Part shown: positions 1 through 9,948 of the stretch, piece after piece
Position numbering within the stretch: the stretch's first letter is position 1
Layout: the number at the start of each line of letters is the position of its first letter
DNA from: a bacterium
GTDB taxonomy: Bacteria > Zhuqueibacterota > Zhuqueibacteria > Residuimicrobiales > Krinioviventaceae
Direction of reading: 5' to 3'
Length of the DNA stretch: 64,000 bases
Assembly (NCBI GenBank): GCA_963693055.1
Contig: OY843751.1
Span: forward strand, 2,784,001-2,848,000
The notes under the pieces: generated by a model
What the model was told of the DNA's origin: nothing
Databases searched by the model: none
What the model saw: the letters and a program-made list of their open reading frames with translations, nothing else
Translations under genes and position numbers: made by a program

Positions 1-2
1 AA

Positions 3-1472
3 AATTTACGGGTAACTCACTATAGAAATGGAGACCCTATTTCAAATATGACAAATAATGAGGAATGGGTGGGTTTATCGACCGGTGCCTACTGTTATTA
101 TGATAATGATGGTAGCAACGCCTCTTCTTTTGGTACACTATATAACTGGTTTAGTGTAAATGATGAACGAAACATTGCACCTGACGGCTGGCATGTTCCT
201 ACAGATGAAGAATGGCAAATGTTGGTTGATTATCTAGACAATGACGATGGAGCCGGAGGAAAACTCAAAGAAATCGGTACTCTTGAGTCAGAAAATGGAT
301 TATGGCATGAGCCTAATACAGGAGCAACCAACATAAGTGGTTTCAATGCACGCCCCTGTGGACAACGCTATTACAAAGATGGTAGCTATAGATTTATTAA
401 TTACTATAATTTTTATTGGTCTTCTACAGATTATCAAAATAGTTATAATAATGCATGGGGTAGAAGCTTGAGGTATAATGCTGAAAGAGTTTCTAGAAAC
501 GATTATAGCAAAAATTATGGATTCTGTATTCGTTTAATAAGAAATGAATCCAATCAACCAAGCTTGACTGGGATTAATATAATTCCAAACGATACTACTT
601 TTTACAATATGCAAACATTTGATTTTGATTGTTTAATACACTATAGTGATGGTTCAACTCAAAATGGAAATTGGGCAGTTAACTGGACGATTGCTTCAGG
701 AGAAGCCGGTAGTATTAATAACCAGGGGCACTTTATAGCTGACAGTATAGCAGCAGGTAAAGTAACTATTCAAGCTGAATATAATGGTTTTATAGATTCG
801 GCAACGGTGACAGTTATGCATGAAACTGGTACAATGACAGATATTGACGGCAATGTCTATCAAACTGTACGAATTGGTAATCAATGGTGGTTAGCAGAAA
901 ACCTTAAAGTAATTCACTATCGTAATGGTGACCCAATACCTAATGTTACAGATGGTACAGAATGGGGACACCTAACTACTGGTGCCTATTGTTATTATGA
1001 AAATGATAGTAGCAATGCTCAGAACTATGGTACCCTGTACAATTGGTATGCTGTAAATGATGAACGAAACATTGCACCTGAAGGGTGGCATGTTCCTACG
1101 GATGATGAATGGAAAGAGTTGGAAATGTACCTTGGTATGAGTCAAAACGAAGCGAATTATACTGGTTGGGGGCGTGGTTCAGATGAAGGTAGTAAACTCA
1201 AAGAGACAGGAACTATTGAAGATGGCACTGGCTATTGGTATGGACCTAACACAGATGCGACTAATGAAAGCGGATTCAGTGCGCGTGCAGGTGGTTCGCG
1301 AAATAGTACAAGTGGTGATTTCAACATGATAGGTAAATGGACCCAGTATTGGACTGCAACGGAGTATAACAATTACGCCTGGTTCAGAGACCTGGATTAT
1401 GGTAACGAAAAAATAAACCGAAATCATTGGTATAAAATTGACGGTTATTCTATACGTCTTGTTCAGGATTGA
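3..1472 (+). CDS. FISUMP (Fibrobacter succinogenes major paralogous) domain protein, two domains flanking an Ig-like domain; 5' end lies outside the window
   Basis: Two copies of NL.V.HYRNGDPI...GAYCYY.ND...YGTLYNW.AV...IAP.GWHVPTD.EW...G.SIRL; the frame is open from position 3. Confidence 0.85.
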   Translation, partial: NLRVTHYRNGDPISNMTNNEEWVGLSTGAYCYYDNDGSNASSFGTLYNWFSVNDERNIAPDGWHVPTDEEWQMLVDYLDNDDGAGGKLKEIGTLESENGLWHEPNTGATNISGFNARPCGQRYYKDGSYRFINYYNFYWSSTDYQNSYNNAWGRSLRYNAERVSRNDYSKNYGFCIRLIRNESNQPSLTGINIIPNDTTFYNMQTFDFDCLIHYSDGSTQNGNWAVNWTIASGEAGSINNQGHFIADSIAAGKVTIQAEYNGFIDSATVTVMHETGTMTDIDGNVYQTVRIGNQWWLAENLKVIHYRNGDPIPNVTDGTEWGHLTTGAYCYYENDSSNAQNYGTLYNWYAVNDERNIAPEGWHVPTDDEWKELEMYLGMSQNEANYTGWGRGSDEGSKLKETGTIEDGTGYWYGPNTDATNESGFSARAGGSRNSTSGDFNMIGKWTQYWTATEYNNYAWFRDLDYGNEKINRNHWYKIDGYSIRLVQD

Positions 1473-1545
1473 GTAAAAGCAGCATGTATTAAGAACTACT
1501 TTGAATAGTTAATAAATGGATTGGCAGATTTGAGCAATAAGGACA

Positions 1546-1598
1546 CGCGCCTGGTTCGGGAGTAGGAGGTCGGAAGTTCGAATCTTCTCGCCCCGACT
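1546..1598 (+). mobile_element. tRNA-Pro 3' fragment (att site between tandem islands), not an intact tRNA
   Basis: CGCGCCTGGTTCGGGAGTAGGAGGTCGGAAGTTCGAATCTTCTCGCCCCGACT has the anticodon loop, T-arm and acceptor 3' strand, but no 5' acceptor strand or D-arm upstream; next to an integrase. Confidence 0.8.
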
Positions 1599-1600
1599 GT

Positions 1601-1644
1601 AAAACAAGAGGTTAGCTAAATGTTTAGCTGACCTCTTGTTTTTT
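1601..1644 (+). terminator. Intrinsic terminator-like hairpin after the att/tRNA fragment
   Basis: AAAACAAGAGGTTAGCTAAA-tg-TTTAGCTGACCTCTTGTTTTT inverted repeat with T-tract. Confidence 0.7.
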
Positions 1645-1686
1645 ATAGAGATATCTTAGTCATGATATGGTCCAAACGGTCTTTCA

Positions 1687-2750
1687 CTATCTCGCCTTAA
1701 ACTTTTTAATATTCATCGCTTTCAATTCATCATCCGTCTTTGCATAAATCATCGTAGTAGCAATATCAATGTGTCCCAGGAATTCTTTGACTGTTGAGAT
1801 TGGTACATCATCTTTTAAACAGTACGTTGCAAAGCTATGCCGAAGTGAGTGAGCATTAAAGTAATCCAGTCCTAATGCTATACGTGCTCGTCCAAACGCC
1901 TTCGTAATGCTGGTTTTATCAATGATCTCAAACTGCTTATTATCATTTTTTAAGTACGATACTCGTCTGTCTAACAGTTCAGAGGCCTCAGCGCAGAGTG
2001 GCATATTACGGGTTTTATCGCCTTTTCCTGTTAATCTGACAAAAGGCACCATTTCACTTTTGATATCATCAACATATAAATCCTGAACATCGATATTAAA
2101 TGCTTCACCTCTACGGGCTCCGGTCCATAAACATAGATTAAAGATATCAAGCTGCCAGGATGGTTTATCTGTAAGATACTCCCGGATCAACGTGATATCA
2201 TCTTCTTTCAAATACCTGAACTGTTTATGACTTGGATCTTGTAGTTTACTGATGCCTTTCCATGGGTTCTTGCGTATTATCTGTTCCTTGACTGCCCAGT
2301 TAAAAGCTGTTTTGATATTTCTGAGATATGAGTTTAGCGCACCAGCTTTAAATGGTTTCCCATTTTTAGCTTTTGAGTTTTTTAATGTGACGATAAAATT
2401 AATAGCAACTTCATTGGTAACATCAGACAGAGATATCACAGTCCAAACGCTCACATAATAAATTTAGGACCAGAATATCATGATCCAGAGTGGCCTTTTT
2501 CAAATTACCAATTTGTACCAGCTTCCTCCGATGTTCGATGAACCGCTCACGGAACTCTCCAAGAGTAACACTTGACCTCTGACGGTCCGCAAAGAAATCA
2601 TCAAGATTAAACTTGCCCAATGCAATGTCACGTTTAACCTGAAATAGGATCTCCTGGGCTGTTTTTAAATCGGCTTTGATCGTGATGGCTTTTTCTGATT
2701 TATCGTCAAATAAAAATGAGAGCTTTGGGTATTTCCTGCCTTTGTGCCGT
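1687..2750 (-). pseudogene. Tyrosine recombinase/integrase, frameshifted near 2450 and truncated at the N-terminus by an IS4 fragment
   Basis: Catalytic motifs TGARRGE, GKGDKTR, HSLRHSFAT, LGH..IATTMIY in ORF 1687-2454; N-terminal and core-binding part lies in another frame (ORF 2423-2791). Confidence 0.8.
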
Positions 2751-3244
2751 TGTGCTCGAGTCCATGATATAGAGTTTGGAGCCCAAATCAAGCTTATATT
2801 GGGGCGCTAAATTTTGTACTTGTTTAAGAAAGATATAAAATAGTTCTTCATAAATTTCAAAAGGTCGTTTATTGTTAGCGTCTGCCAGTGTGGAACGTTT
2901 CAGAGGTTTGCTGCCGAGATGATAGAACTTGTTTATTTGAGAATTTGAACTGAAAACGATATCGCGCAGTGAATGACGGCTACCGAGCTGACCGAATAAA
3001 ATATGCACAAACTGATCCCAACATGTCAATGTACGGGATCGATAATCGCCATTGTGTTTTTTTACAACTTTTTCAAATTCAAGTCGAGAAATTATGTTTA
3101 GCATTTGTCGAAAAATTGTTTTATTATATGCCATGCCCGATAACCTTTTGTTTTGTTAGATTTTGTGTGCAAACAAATATAACAATTATTTTGGTTTTTC
3201 GGGCTATTTTTGTTTATATGTATTCTTTTAACCGGACACTAATG
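2749..3244 (-). mobile_element. IS4-family transposase 5' remnant (DUF4372 N-terminus) with terminal inverted repeat
   Basis: MAYNKTIFRQML...TCWDQF..LFGQL..RHSLRDI...KRSTLADANNKRP...IMDSST, then broken; IS end CATTAGTGTCCGGTTAAAA (minus, 3226-3244). Confidence 0.8.
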
Positions 3245-3309
3245 ATGTTAAACAATACATTCGCCCCCAATATGAGGCAAGAGACGATTCCGGTGTCATT
3301 ATAGGCTTT

Positions 3310-4364
3310 TTGCCGTACCGTCCCATTGAAAAAGGCATAGCAGTGCCCGGTTTGTTGGCCCACATTTTAATGAGCAAGTTTGTTGACCACATTCCCTTGA
3401 ACCGTCAGATTACTCAATTCAAACGTCAGGATGTTCGGATTCCCGGCTCAACCATAAACGATTGGCTCAGTGCAAGCTGTGATGCTTTGCTGCCGCTTGG
3501 TCGGATTTTACAGGAACGGACATTGCAATGCAGCTATCTTCAGGCCGACGAAACAACGATCAGAGTGCAGGACCCGCGCAAAAACGGCAAAACGCATACC
3601 GGATATTTTTGGCTTTATCACAATCTTGAGCAGCGGCTGCTGTTTTTTGATTATCGTCCGGGACGAAATCGCGCCGGACTCTCAGAAATTTTACAAAATT
3701 TCACTGGCTGCCTGCAAACAGATGGCTATCGCAGCTATGATGAGATCGTCGCAAAATACAATATGATTCGACTCGGCTGTATGGCACATGCCCGTCGAAA
3801 ATTTTATGATGCTCGTGACGGCAGCCCTGAACCCTGCGAATGGATGCTGAAACACATCGGTGAGTTGTATGATATTGAACGTCGTGCCAGGGATAAAAAT
3901 TTAAACGTCAAAGAACGATTTGAGCTGAGGGAAAAGCATGCCCGTCCAATTCTGGAGTCTATTAAAAAATGGCTGAACGAAAAAACTTTGAGCATATCTT
4001 CCCATACTGATCTTGGTGTTGCTATTTCATACATGTTGAAGCAATGGCCGCGATTAAATAATTATCTTTTGGATGGTCGCTTTGAAATTGATAACAATCT
4101 CATCGAGAATGCCGTTCGTCCGGTAGCGATAGGGCGTAAAAACTGGCTTTTCGCAGGTTCGCATGAAAACGCCAAACGCATGGCTTTGATTTATTCATTG
4201 TTAGGAACTGCAAAATTGCACGATGTTGAACCCTATGCTTACCTAAAAGATATTCTTACGCGTATAAATGGACATTCTATGAAACACCTTGATTAACTTT
4301 TACCTCTTCTATGGTCATTGAGCAATAATTGAAAAAATCAAGGTGTTGTTCACCGAATAGATAC
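3310..4364 (+). mobile_element. IS66-family TnpC transposase remnant (5'-truncated, premature stop at 4296) with right terminal repeat
   Basis: KFVDHIPLNRQ, QADETT, LQTDGY, GCMAHARRKF, IDNNLIENAVRPVAIGRKNWLF; end GGTGTTGTTCACCGAATAGATAC at 4342-4364. Confidence 0.85.
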
Positions 4365-4452
4365 GATTTTTCTATAAAAGGTTAAGTTAATTTCTGGAGA
4401 AAATATGGTATCAATAATTTTAGTGATAAGGTCAAAAATGTTGATTTCCCCC

Positions 4453-4485
4453 AAAAAAAAGCTCCCGGGAATAATTCCCGGGAGC
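4453..4485 (-). terminator. Intrinsic terminator of the minus-strand secreted-protein operon
   Basis: GCTCCCGGGAAT-ATTCCCGGGAGC hairpin followed by T8 on the minus strand. Confidence 0.8.
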
Positions 4486-4515
4486 ACGTCCACCCTTGAG
4501 TTGTAAATTTAAATA

Positions 4516-5616
4516 TTATTTCATCAACAGCACCTTGTGCGACTGTACGCCCTGTACGGTCTTCATGACCACCTGGTACATACCGGTTGCGGATTGCTGT
4601 CCCGCGTCGTTCAGGCCGTTCCAGGATGTGTGATAGCTGCCGGCGGACTGATTGCCGTCTACCAGGGTGGCTACCTTGCCGCCCAGAATGTTGTAAACCG
4701 CAATTTCTACCGTACCGGCTTTTGCCAGGTCGTAACTGATTTTGGTGACAGGGTTAAATGGATTGGGATAGGGGGCCAGTAAAGCCGTGGTACCCGGTAC
4801 TTTGATCAGCTCTACATTCAGAGTACCCAGCTCATTGATTTCACCGTTGACGCTGACATCAGACAACCGGTAGCTGTATGATTCACCGGCTTGTAAACCA
4901 GCGTCGGTATAAGCATAATTGGACCGTTCGCTGGTGGTGCCTTTGCCCTGCAACGTAGTGTGGGTAATGTATGAAGCGATTTTGACCCAATCCGTTGTTG
5001 CGCCGCGCCGTTCCAGGATGAAACCCAGGTTGTTGCTTTCGCTCTCGGTGGCCCACAACAGGTTTACTGAATTGCCATCTTGCTTTGCTGAAAATGTGGC
5101 CAGTTCTACCGGAAGCGATACATCACTGCCTCCGTAATAGGATTCTATGGTAGACTGATCGGCGGCATCCATTATAGCCGATGCTATGGTATTCCAGCTT
5201 AGGCCCGAGTTCTGGCCTGCATCATCAATGTTCAACCGGACGGTGAACAAGTGATAATCGGTATCCTGGGCAATTGCCCAGCTTGAACCAAAACCAAAAG
5301 TAATGGTTACATAGATGTAAGGAGAATTAACACCGTTGGTAATGGAAAAACCATTTCCTGAACTCAAATTAGGATTAGTATAGGTAATGGTTGGCGAACT
5401 GAGCGCATTTTCATTATGATTGAGATAGAGGCTGCAATCGCCCAAATTATTGTAGGACCAGTCGCTAGTACGTGTCATGTGGATTTCGAAATAAAGGTAT
5501 CCGCCGCTTACGTGTTGATTGCTGATGGTCAGGTCTACGGTTTGGGAAAAAGATACTCCCAGTAATGATGTTACTAATAATAGCATTGCAAAACAAATTA
5601 TTTTAGTGAATTTCAT
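4516..5616 (-). CDS. Secreted protein with an SLPVEL..F Ig-like domain and a T9SS type-A/FlgD-like C-terminal sorting domain
   Basis: Signal peptide; SLPVELATFSA..W.TESE.NN.GF; PYPNPFNP.TKISY...YNILG..V.TL...W.G. Confidence 0.8.
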   Translation of the reverse strand: MKFTKIICFAMLLLVTSLLGVSFSQTVDLTISNQHVSGGYLYFEIHMTRTSDWSYNNLGDCSLYLNHNENALSSPTITYTNPNLSSGNGFSITNGVNSPYIYVTITFGFGSSWAIAQDTDYHLFTVRLNIDDAGQNSGLSWNTIASAIMDAADQSTIESYYGGSDVSLPVELATFSAKQDGNSVNLLWATESESNNLGFILERRGATTDWVKIASYITHTTLQGKGTTSERSNYAYTDAGLQAGESYSYRLSDVSVNGEINELGTLNVELIKVPGTTALLAPYPNPFNPVTKISYDLAKAGTVEIAVYNILGGKVATLVDGNQSAGSYHTSWNGLNDAGQQSATGMYQVVMKTVQGVQSHKVLLMK

Positions 5617-5629
5617 GATATCTCCGCAT

Positions 5630-8600
5630 TTAGTTAACCGCTGATGATGTTTTGTCCATATTGGTATTGATCAGATCTTTATCGGCATTGGTTACAATAC
5701 TGTCCATGTTAATATCGCCGTCCTGGTAGCCGTTGGCATCCATATTACTGTTGACCGGGTCCTTGTCTGCATTGGTGATCAAGGCATCGCCATTGGGATT
5801 ACCTGAATACATACCAAACACGCCTTCTTTGAGCGTGGCTGCGTTTGATTCAAGTGTGTTACCAATGTTTGATGTGAAATCATACACCCCCATAGAACTG
5901 CTGAAGGTTTGTGCACTTGCGCTTTCAATGCTCAGATGATTGCGATGTTTGACCACAATGTAATAATTGCCTTCCGCTACTTGTGATGACAAGTCAAGAA
6001 TGGTCTTGTTTGTATCATCGTCCACCAGGCAGCCGTCTTTACGTAAAAAATAAGAACGGCCGTAATCGGCAACGCCGGTTATTGTTGAGCGTAGTTCCAT
6101 CCATACCCAATCAACCACGCTGTCCGGTACACTGGTTACTGTACGGCTATCGGAATAAGGTGAAGTCGTGGGAATACTGCTTGCCAGGTTGGTGGTCATG
6201 ATCGGATCAGTAGCGTCTGCATCGTATGCGCCTTGTAATAATACTTTGACGCCGGTTACGACCATGTTATTACTGAGGTAATATTGTTTAGCCGTACCGT
6301 TATTGCCTTCTCCATAAGCGCCTGCAATAAAATCCATATGGCTGTCATTGTCAATATCGCCCAAACCGGCAGCGCTGCAACCAAAATTGTCATCCACATT
6401 GCCGGTTATGATTGCGTCGGCAACATTGTCCATACTTGCGCCGCCCAGATAAATGTACAAACGCCCTTGGTCATTCCCATATCTTGCATTGGTCGCAATC
6501 AGGTCGGCATAACCGTCACCATTCAAGTCATTTGCCCTGGAAAATACAAGTGGATTTGCATCAATCATTTCAGATTTAAAGACCAGGTCTGGGGTGTTTT
6601 CCGCGCTGTTATTGCCATAATAAAGATATGCATATGAAGTATCGCCAACGGAAACACTTAACGGGTCTCTGCTGACCATCACATCATCAAAACCATCATT
6701 ATTTACATCACCAACCATTTCAGCGTATGAACCAAAATAACATGCGTATTCTTGTCCTAGAAAGGTAACGTCTGCGGTGGTGTCAGCGGATGGTCCACCA
6801 TAGTAAATGTATACCTCCCCGGAGCTGTTATAGCCGGCCCGTTCACCGCCAATCAACAAGTCGGGATATCCGTCGTTGTTAAAATCATCACCCCCGGACA
6901 GAGAACTACCCATGCTGTCGTATGAATCTCCTATAATGGTCATATCTGCTGTATTATCAGGTACGTCTGAGCCCAAATATATGTTTACACTTCCTGTTCT
7001 GTTATCAAATTCTGGGGTCCCAATTGCATAGTCATCATAGCCGTCGTTATTAAAATCACCAAGGCCGGTTATGGTTTCGCCAAAATATTCTCCGGATGAA
7101 GGGGGTGTAAATACCTGGTCAGCTATGTTGTCCATATTGGCGCCGCCCAGGTAAAGAAAAACTTTGCCATCATAGTTTTCCGCACGATATGCTGCAACCA
7201 GAACATCATCATAGCCATCATTGTTTACATCGCCAACGCCGGCTACCGCGTAACCATAATATCCCTCTTCAGTATTTTCTGTTAATTGAACATCGGCTGT
7301 ATTGTCCATTCCCGGACCGCCGTAATAGATATAAGCAGCCCCGGCAGAGTTATAGCCGGTTGCCCCGGCAATTATATCATCATAGCCGTCACCATTCACA
7401 TCTCCTGCGTTGGCAACCGAACGGCCAAAGTTGTTTTCTGTACCTGGAATGTAACCTATTGCTCCCACTATGGTCAGGTCAATGGTTTCATTAGGCTCGC
7501 TATTGCCCAGGTAAATGTAAAATGTATTGGTATCATCTACGTTGGTAAAAACGGCAAAATCAGCACAATTATCATTGTTCATATCACCACCCGCAATTAC
7601 CCCCCCCAACCGTTCTCCAGAATTACCTTCCATGAGTAGATCATAATGGATATTCATTGTACTACCGCCTAAATAAACATAGACAATACCCTGGGTGTTG
7701 CTACCTTCTGCAGTTACTGCAATGTCATCATAGCCGTCATTGTCTATATCTCCAACGCTGCAAAGCGTTTGACTAAAATTGTCGTCTGTATTATAACCAT
7801 CTATAATAAGTGCAGGGATTGTACTAAAGGTTGAATTGCCATAATAAATATATACCCGACCGGTTGATTCATTATAACCTGTAGAACCAACAACAAAGTC
7901 ATCATAGCCGTCGTTATTTATATCTATATTACCGGCCATGGTACAACCAAATTGGTCGCCTTCATTTTCACCGACCAGGGTTTGCGCAGGCGTGCTGCTC
8001 ATGCTGGCGCCGCCCCAAAAGAGCAAAGCTTCACCTGTTTCATTGTTTGCTCTATCAGTGCCAATAAGCACATCATCATAATTATCTTTATTGACATCTC
8101 CTACACCGGCTAAACTGATGCCAAAATTATCTGACTCGTTCGCACCATCCCAGGTTTGAATTGGGGTGCTGCTCAATAAAGCACCACCGGGATAAACGCT
8201 AACCCTGCCGGTAAGGCTATTATAGGTAATTGAACCAATTAAAAAATCATCATAACCGTCATAGTTTACATCACCCGCGCTTGCAAGAGAAAGCGGGTAC
8301 CTAAAAGTTTCCATTTCTGTATCCGGATTTATTATCAGGTCCGGAGTAGAATCCATGGTGGGCCCACCAAAATAGACATGAATACGACCACTACCCTGTT
8401 CCATAGCAGCATGGACCAGCAGATCGTCATAACCATCGTTATTTAAATCTCCGGCCCTGGCTATAGTGAAACCGAAATAATCATTACTGTTTTCACCGTT
8501 CAGGGTTATATCTACGGTGGCGTTGGGCGTTGCACCACCATAAAAGATGAAAACACTACCGGTCTCATTTGCGGTGGGCGCTCCTATGACCAGGTCATCG

Positions 8601-8758
8601 TAAGCGTCGCCATTAACATCTGCGTATGTCATGGATTGGCTATTCCAGTTTACCGGTTGTTGCGCATTTTCTTCCGAAAAGGTTTGTACCAGGTTGGTTT
8701 GTGCATAGAGCGCTTGTAAAAAAATTAGTAAAAAAAGTGTGATTTGTTTGATCTGCAT
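5630..8758 (-). CDS. FG-GAP/integrin-alpha repeat beta-propeller protein with dockerin-like C-terminus
   Basis: About 14 repeats of FG..a.aGDvN.DGYDD..vGA; C-terminal VKVLLQGAY...KHRNHL...GDINMD..VTNADK; signal peptide. Confidence 0.85.
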   Translation of the reverse strand: MQIKQITLFLLIFLQALYAQTNLVQTFSEENAQQPVNWNSQSMTYADVNGDAYDDLVIGAPTANETGSVFIFYGGATPNATVDITLNGENSNDYFGFTIARAGDLNNDGYDDLLVHAAMEQGSGRIHVYFGGPTMDSTPDLIINPDTEMETFRYPLSLASAGDVNYDGYDDFLIGSITYNSLTGRVSVYPGGALLSSTPIQTWDGANESDNFGISLAGVGDVNKDNYDDVLIGTDRANNETGEALLFWGGASMSSTPAQTLVGENEGDQFGCTMAGNIDINNDGYDDFVVGSTGYNESTGRVYIYYGNSTFSTIPALIIDGYNTDDNFSQTLCSVGDIDNDGYDDIAVTAEGSNTQGIVYVYLGGSTMNIHYDLLMEGNSGERLGGVIAGGDMNNDNCADFAVFTNVDDTNTFYIYLGNSEPNETIDLTIVGAIGYIPGTENNFGRSVANAGDVNGDGYDDIIAGATGYNSAGAAYIYYGGPGMDNTADVQLTENTEEGYYGYAVAGVGDVNNDGYDDVLVAAYRAENYDGKVFLYLGGANMDNIADQVFTPPSSGEYFGETITGLGDFNNDGYDDYAIGTPEFDNRTGSVNIYLGSDVPDNTADMTIIGDSYDSMGSSLSGGDDFNNDGYPDLLIGGERAGYNSSGEVYIYYGGPSADTTADVTFLGQEYACYFGSYAEMVGDVNNDGFDDVMVSRDPLSVSVGDTSYAYLYYGNNSAENTPDLVFKSEMIDANPLVFSRANDLNGDGYADLIATNARYGNDQGRLYIYLGGASMDNVADAIITGNVDDNFGCSAAGLGDIDNDSHMDFIAGAYGEGNNGTAKQYYLSNNMVVTGVKVLLQGAYDADATDPIMTTNLASSIPTTSPYSDSRTVTSVPDSVVDWVWMELRSTITGVADYGRSYFLRKDGCLVDDDTNKTILDLSSQVAEGNYYIVVKHRNHLSIESASAQTFSSSMGVYDFTSNIGNTLESNAATLKEGVFGMYSGNPNGDALITNADKDPVNSNMDANGYQDGDINMDSIVTNADKDLINTNMDKTSSAVN

Positions 8759-8772
8759 GCATTGCTCCTTGT

Positions 8773-9624
8773 CTAAATTGTACGATGTTCGTGTAAAATG
8801 ATTTCCAGTTTGCTTTCAGGCTGTATTGCTGAATTTATATTGTTTTTGTTTTTATCATATTGGGCTGCTTTTTTCCTTACACCCCATTCCAGCAAAACGC
8901 CCAAATCCCGGGCAACCAGTAAATGATTTGAGATGCTATGTAATTTGGGTAATGTTATGGTAGAACCTTGAATATTCATTTCCTGGTCTTGAGATATGGA
9001 TATTTTACATTCCACGGCATCAATAATTTCCCCCTTGTACATGACGCGACCGGTTTCAAGACGCTCAATTTCAACATACATTTGTGGTCCCTGACTTTGC
9101 ATGCCTGTTATTTCATTATAATAAAGGGGGCGGGTGGTGCTGGTGAGAACGGTATCCAGTTCGGATAGTTGCGCAGGCATCAGTATTATTGGTGGATCGT
9201 AAATAGTATACAACCGGGACGAGTCAGCGGATTTGATACCGGCCAGCAGCACGTTACCGTTGTCGAAACGAAAGTATTCCTGCACGACTTGGCCACTGTG
9301 ATGACCGGCTACCTGGTCAACGCTACCCATTATAGATGATTTACCGATTGAAGCAATATAGGATGTTTGGGAAATGGTGGAATTGTTTGTTCCATTATTT
9401 AACGGTGGTTCCGGCAGCGTCCACACACCGTTAATGGTATGCAATATATCACGGGTATTGGCAGTATCGGTTTGCCATTGTATGTGTTTAACCTGGTTGC
9501 CTGATTCCGGCCACCACCTTGAAGTTTTGGATTTACTGCATCCGCAAATTATGAGGGCCACCGGAATGATATAAAAGAATAACAAAACACAACTACGCGT
9601 ATTGACCATTTTGAATTGTAACAT
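8773..9624 (-). CDS. Hypothetical lipoprotein
   Basis: Lipobox-like LIICGC; co-oriented and closely spaced with the FG-GAP gene. Confidence 0.55.
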   Translation of the reverse strand: MLQFKMVNTRSCVLLFFYIIPVALIICGCSKSKTSRWWPESGNQVKHIQWQTDTANTRDILHTINGVWTLPEPPLNNGTNNSTISQTSYIASIGKSSIMGSVDQVAGHHSGQVVQEYFRFDNGNVLLAGIKSADSSRLYTIYDPPIILMPAQLSELDTVLTSTTRPLYYNEITGMQSQGPQMYVEIERLETGRVMYKGEIIDAVECKISISQDQEMNIQGSTITLPKLHSISNHLLVARDLGVLLEWGVRKKAAQYDKNKNNINSAIQPESKLEIILHEHRTI

Positions 9625-9948
9625 GGTACCTGTACCTGTTCAGGAATGAATAGATTTATCTATTTTTCGGTGGGTTTAAATTATGAGATGTGTTAAAAAA
9701 TTGACGTTTGGGTTATATCATGGTTTTTTTTTAGGATATAACTATTCGGCATTCTTGATGAACATAATCCGGATATTGTCACGTTGTACTCTTCATCTTT
9801 TACAGCCGGTTTGTATTTGGACCGGCAATAAACCCATCACGTTGCGGATTAAATTACATAAAACAGGGATGTGAAAACAAGTCGATATATTGCAAAATGC
9901 AGGACATATATTGCATGCAAGATGAGGACTATTGAATTTTATGGTGTA

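Noticed and set aside
3-1472. Diversity-generating retroelement target (FISUMP and FGE domains are common DGR targets)
   Set aside because: No reverse transcriptase and no template repeat differing only at adenines is visible; the two domains are ordinary diverged paralogues.
1546-1598. Intact tRNA-Pro genes at 1546, 15957 and 58245
   Set aside because: All lack the 5' acceptor strand and D-arm; treated as att remnants.
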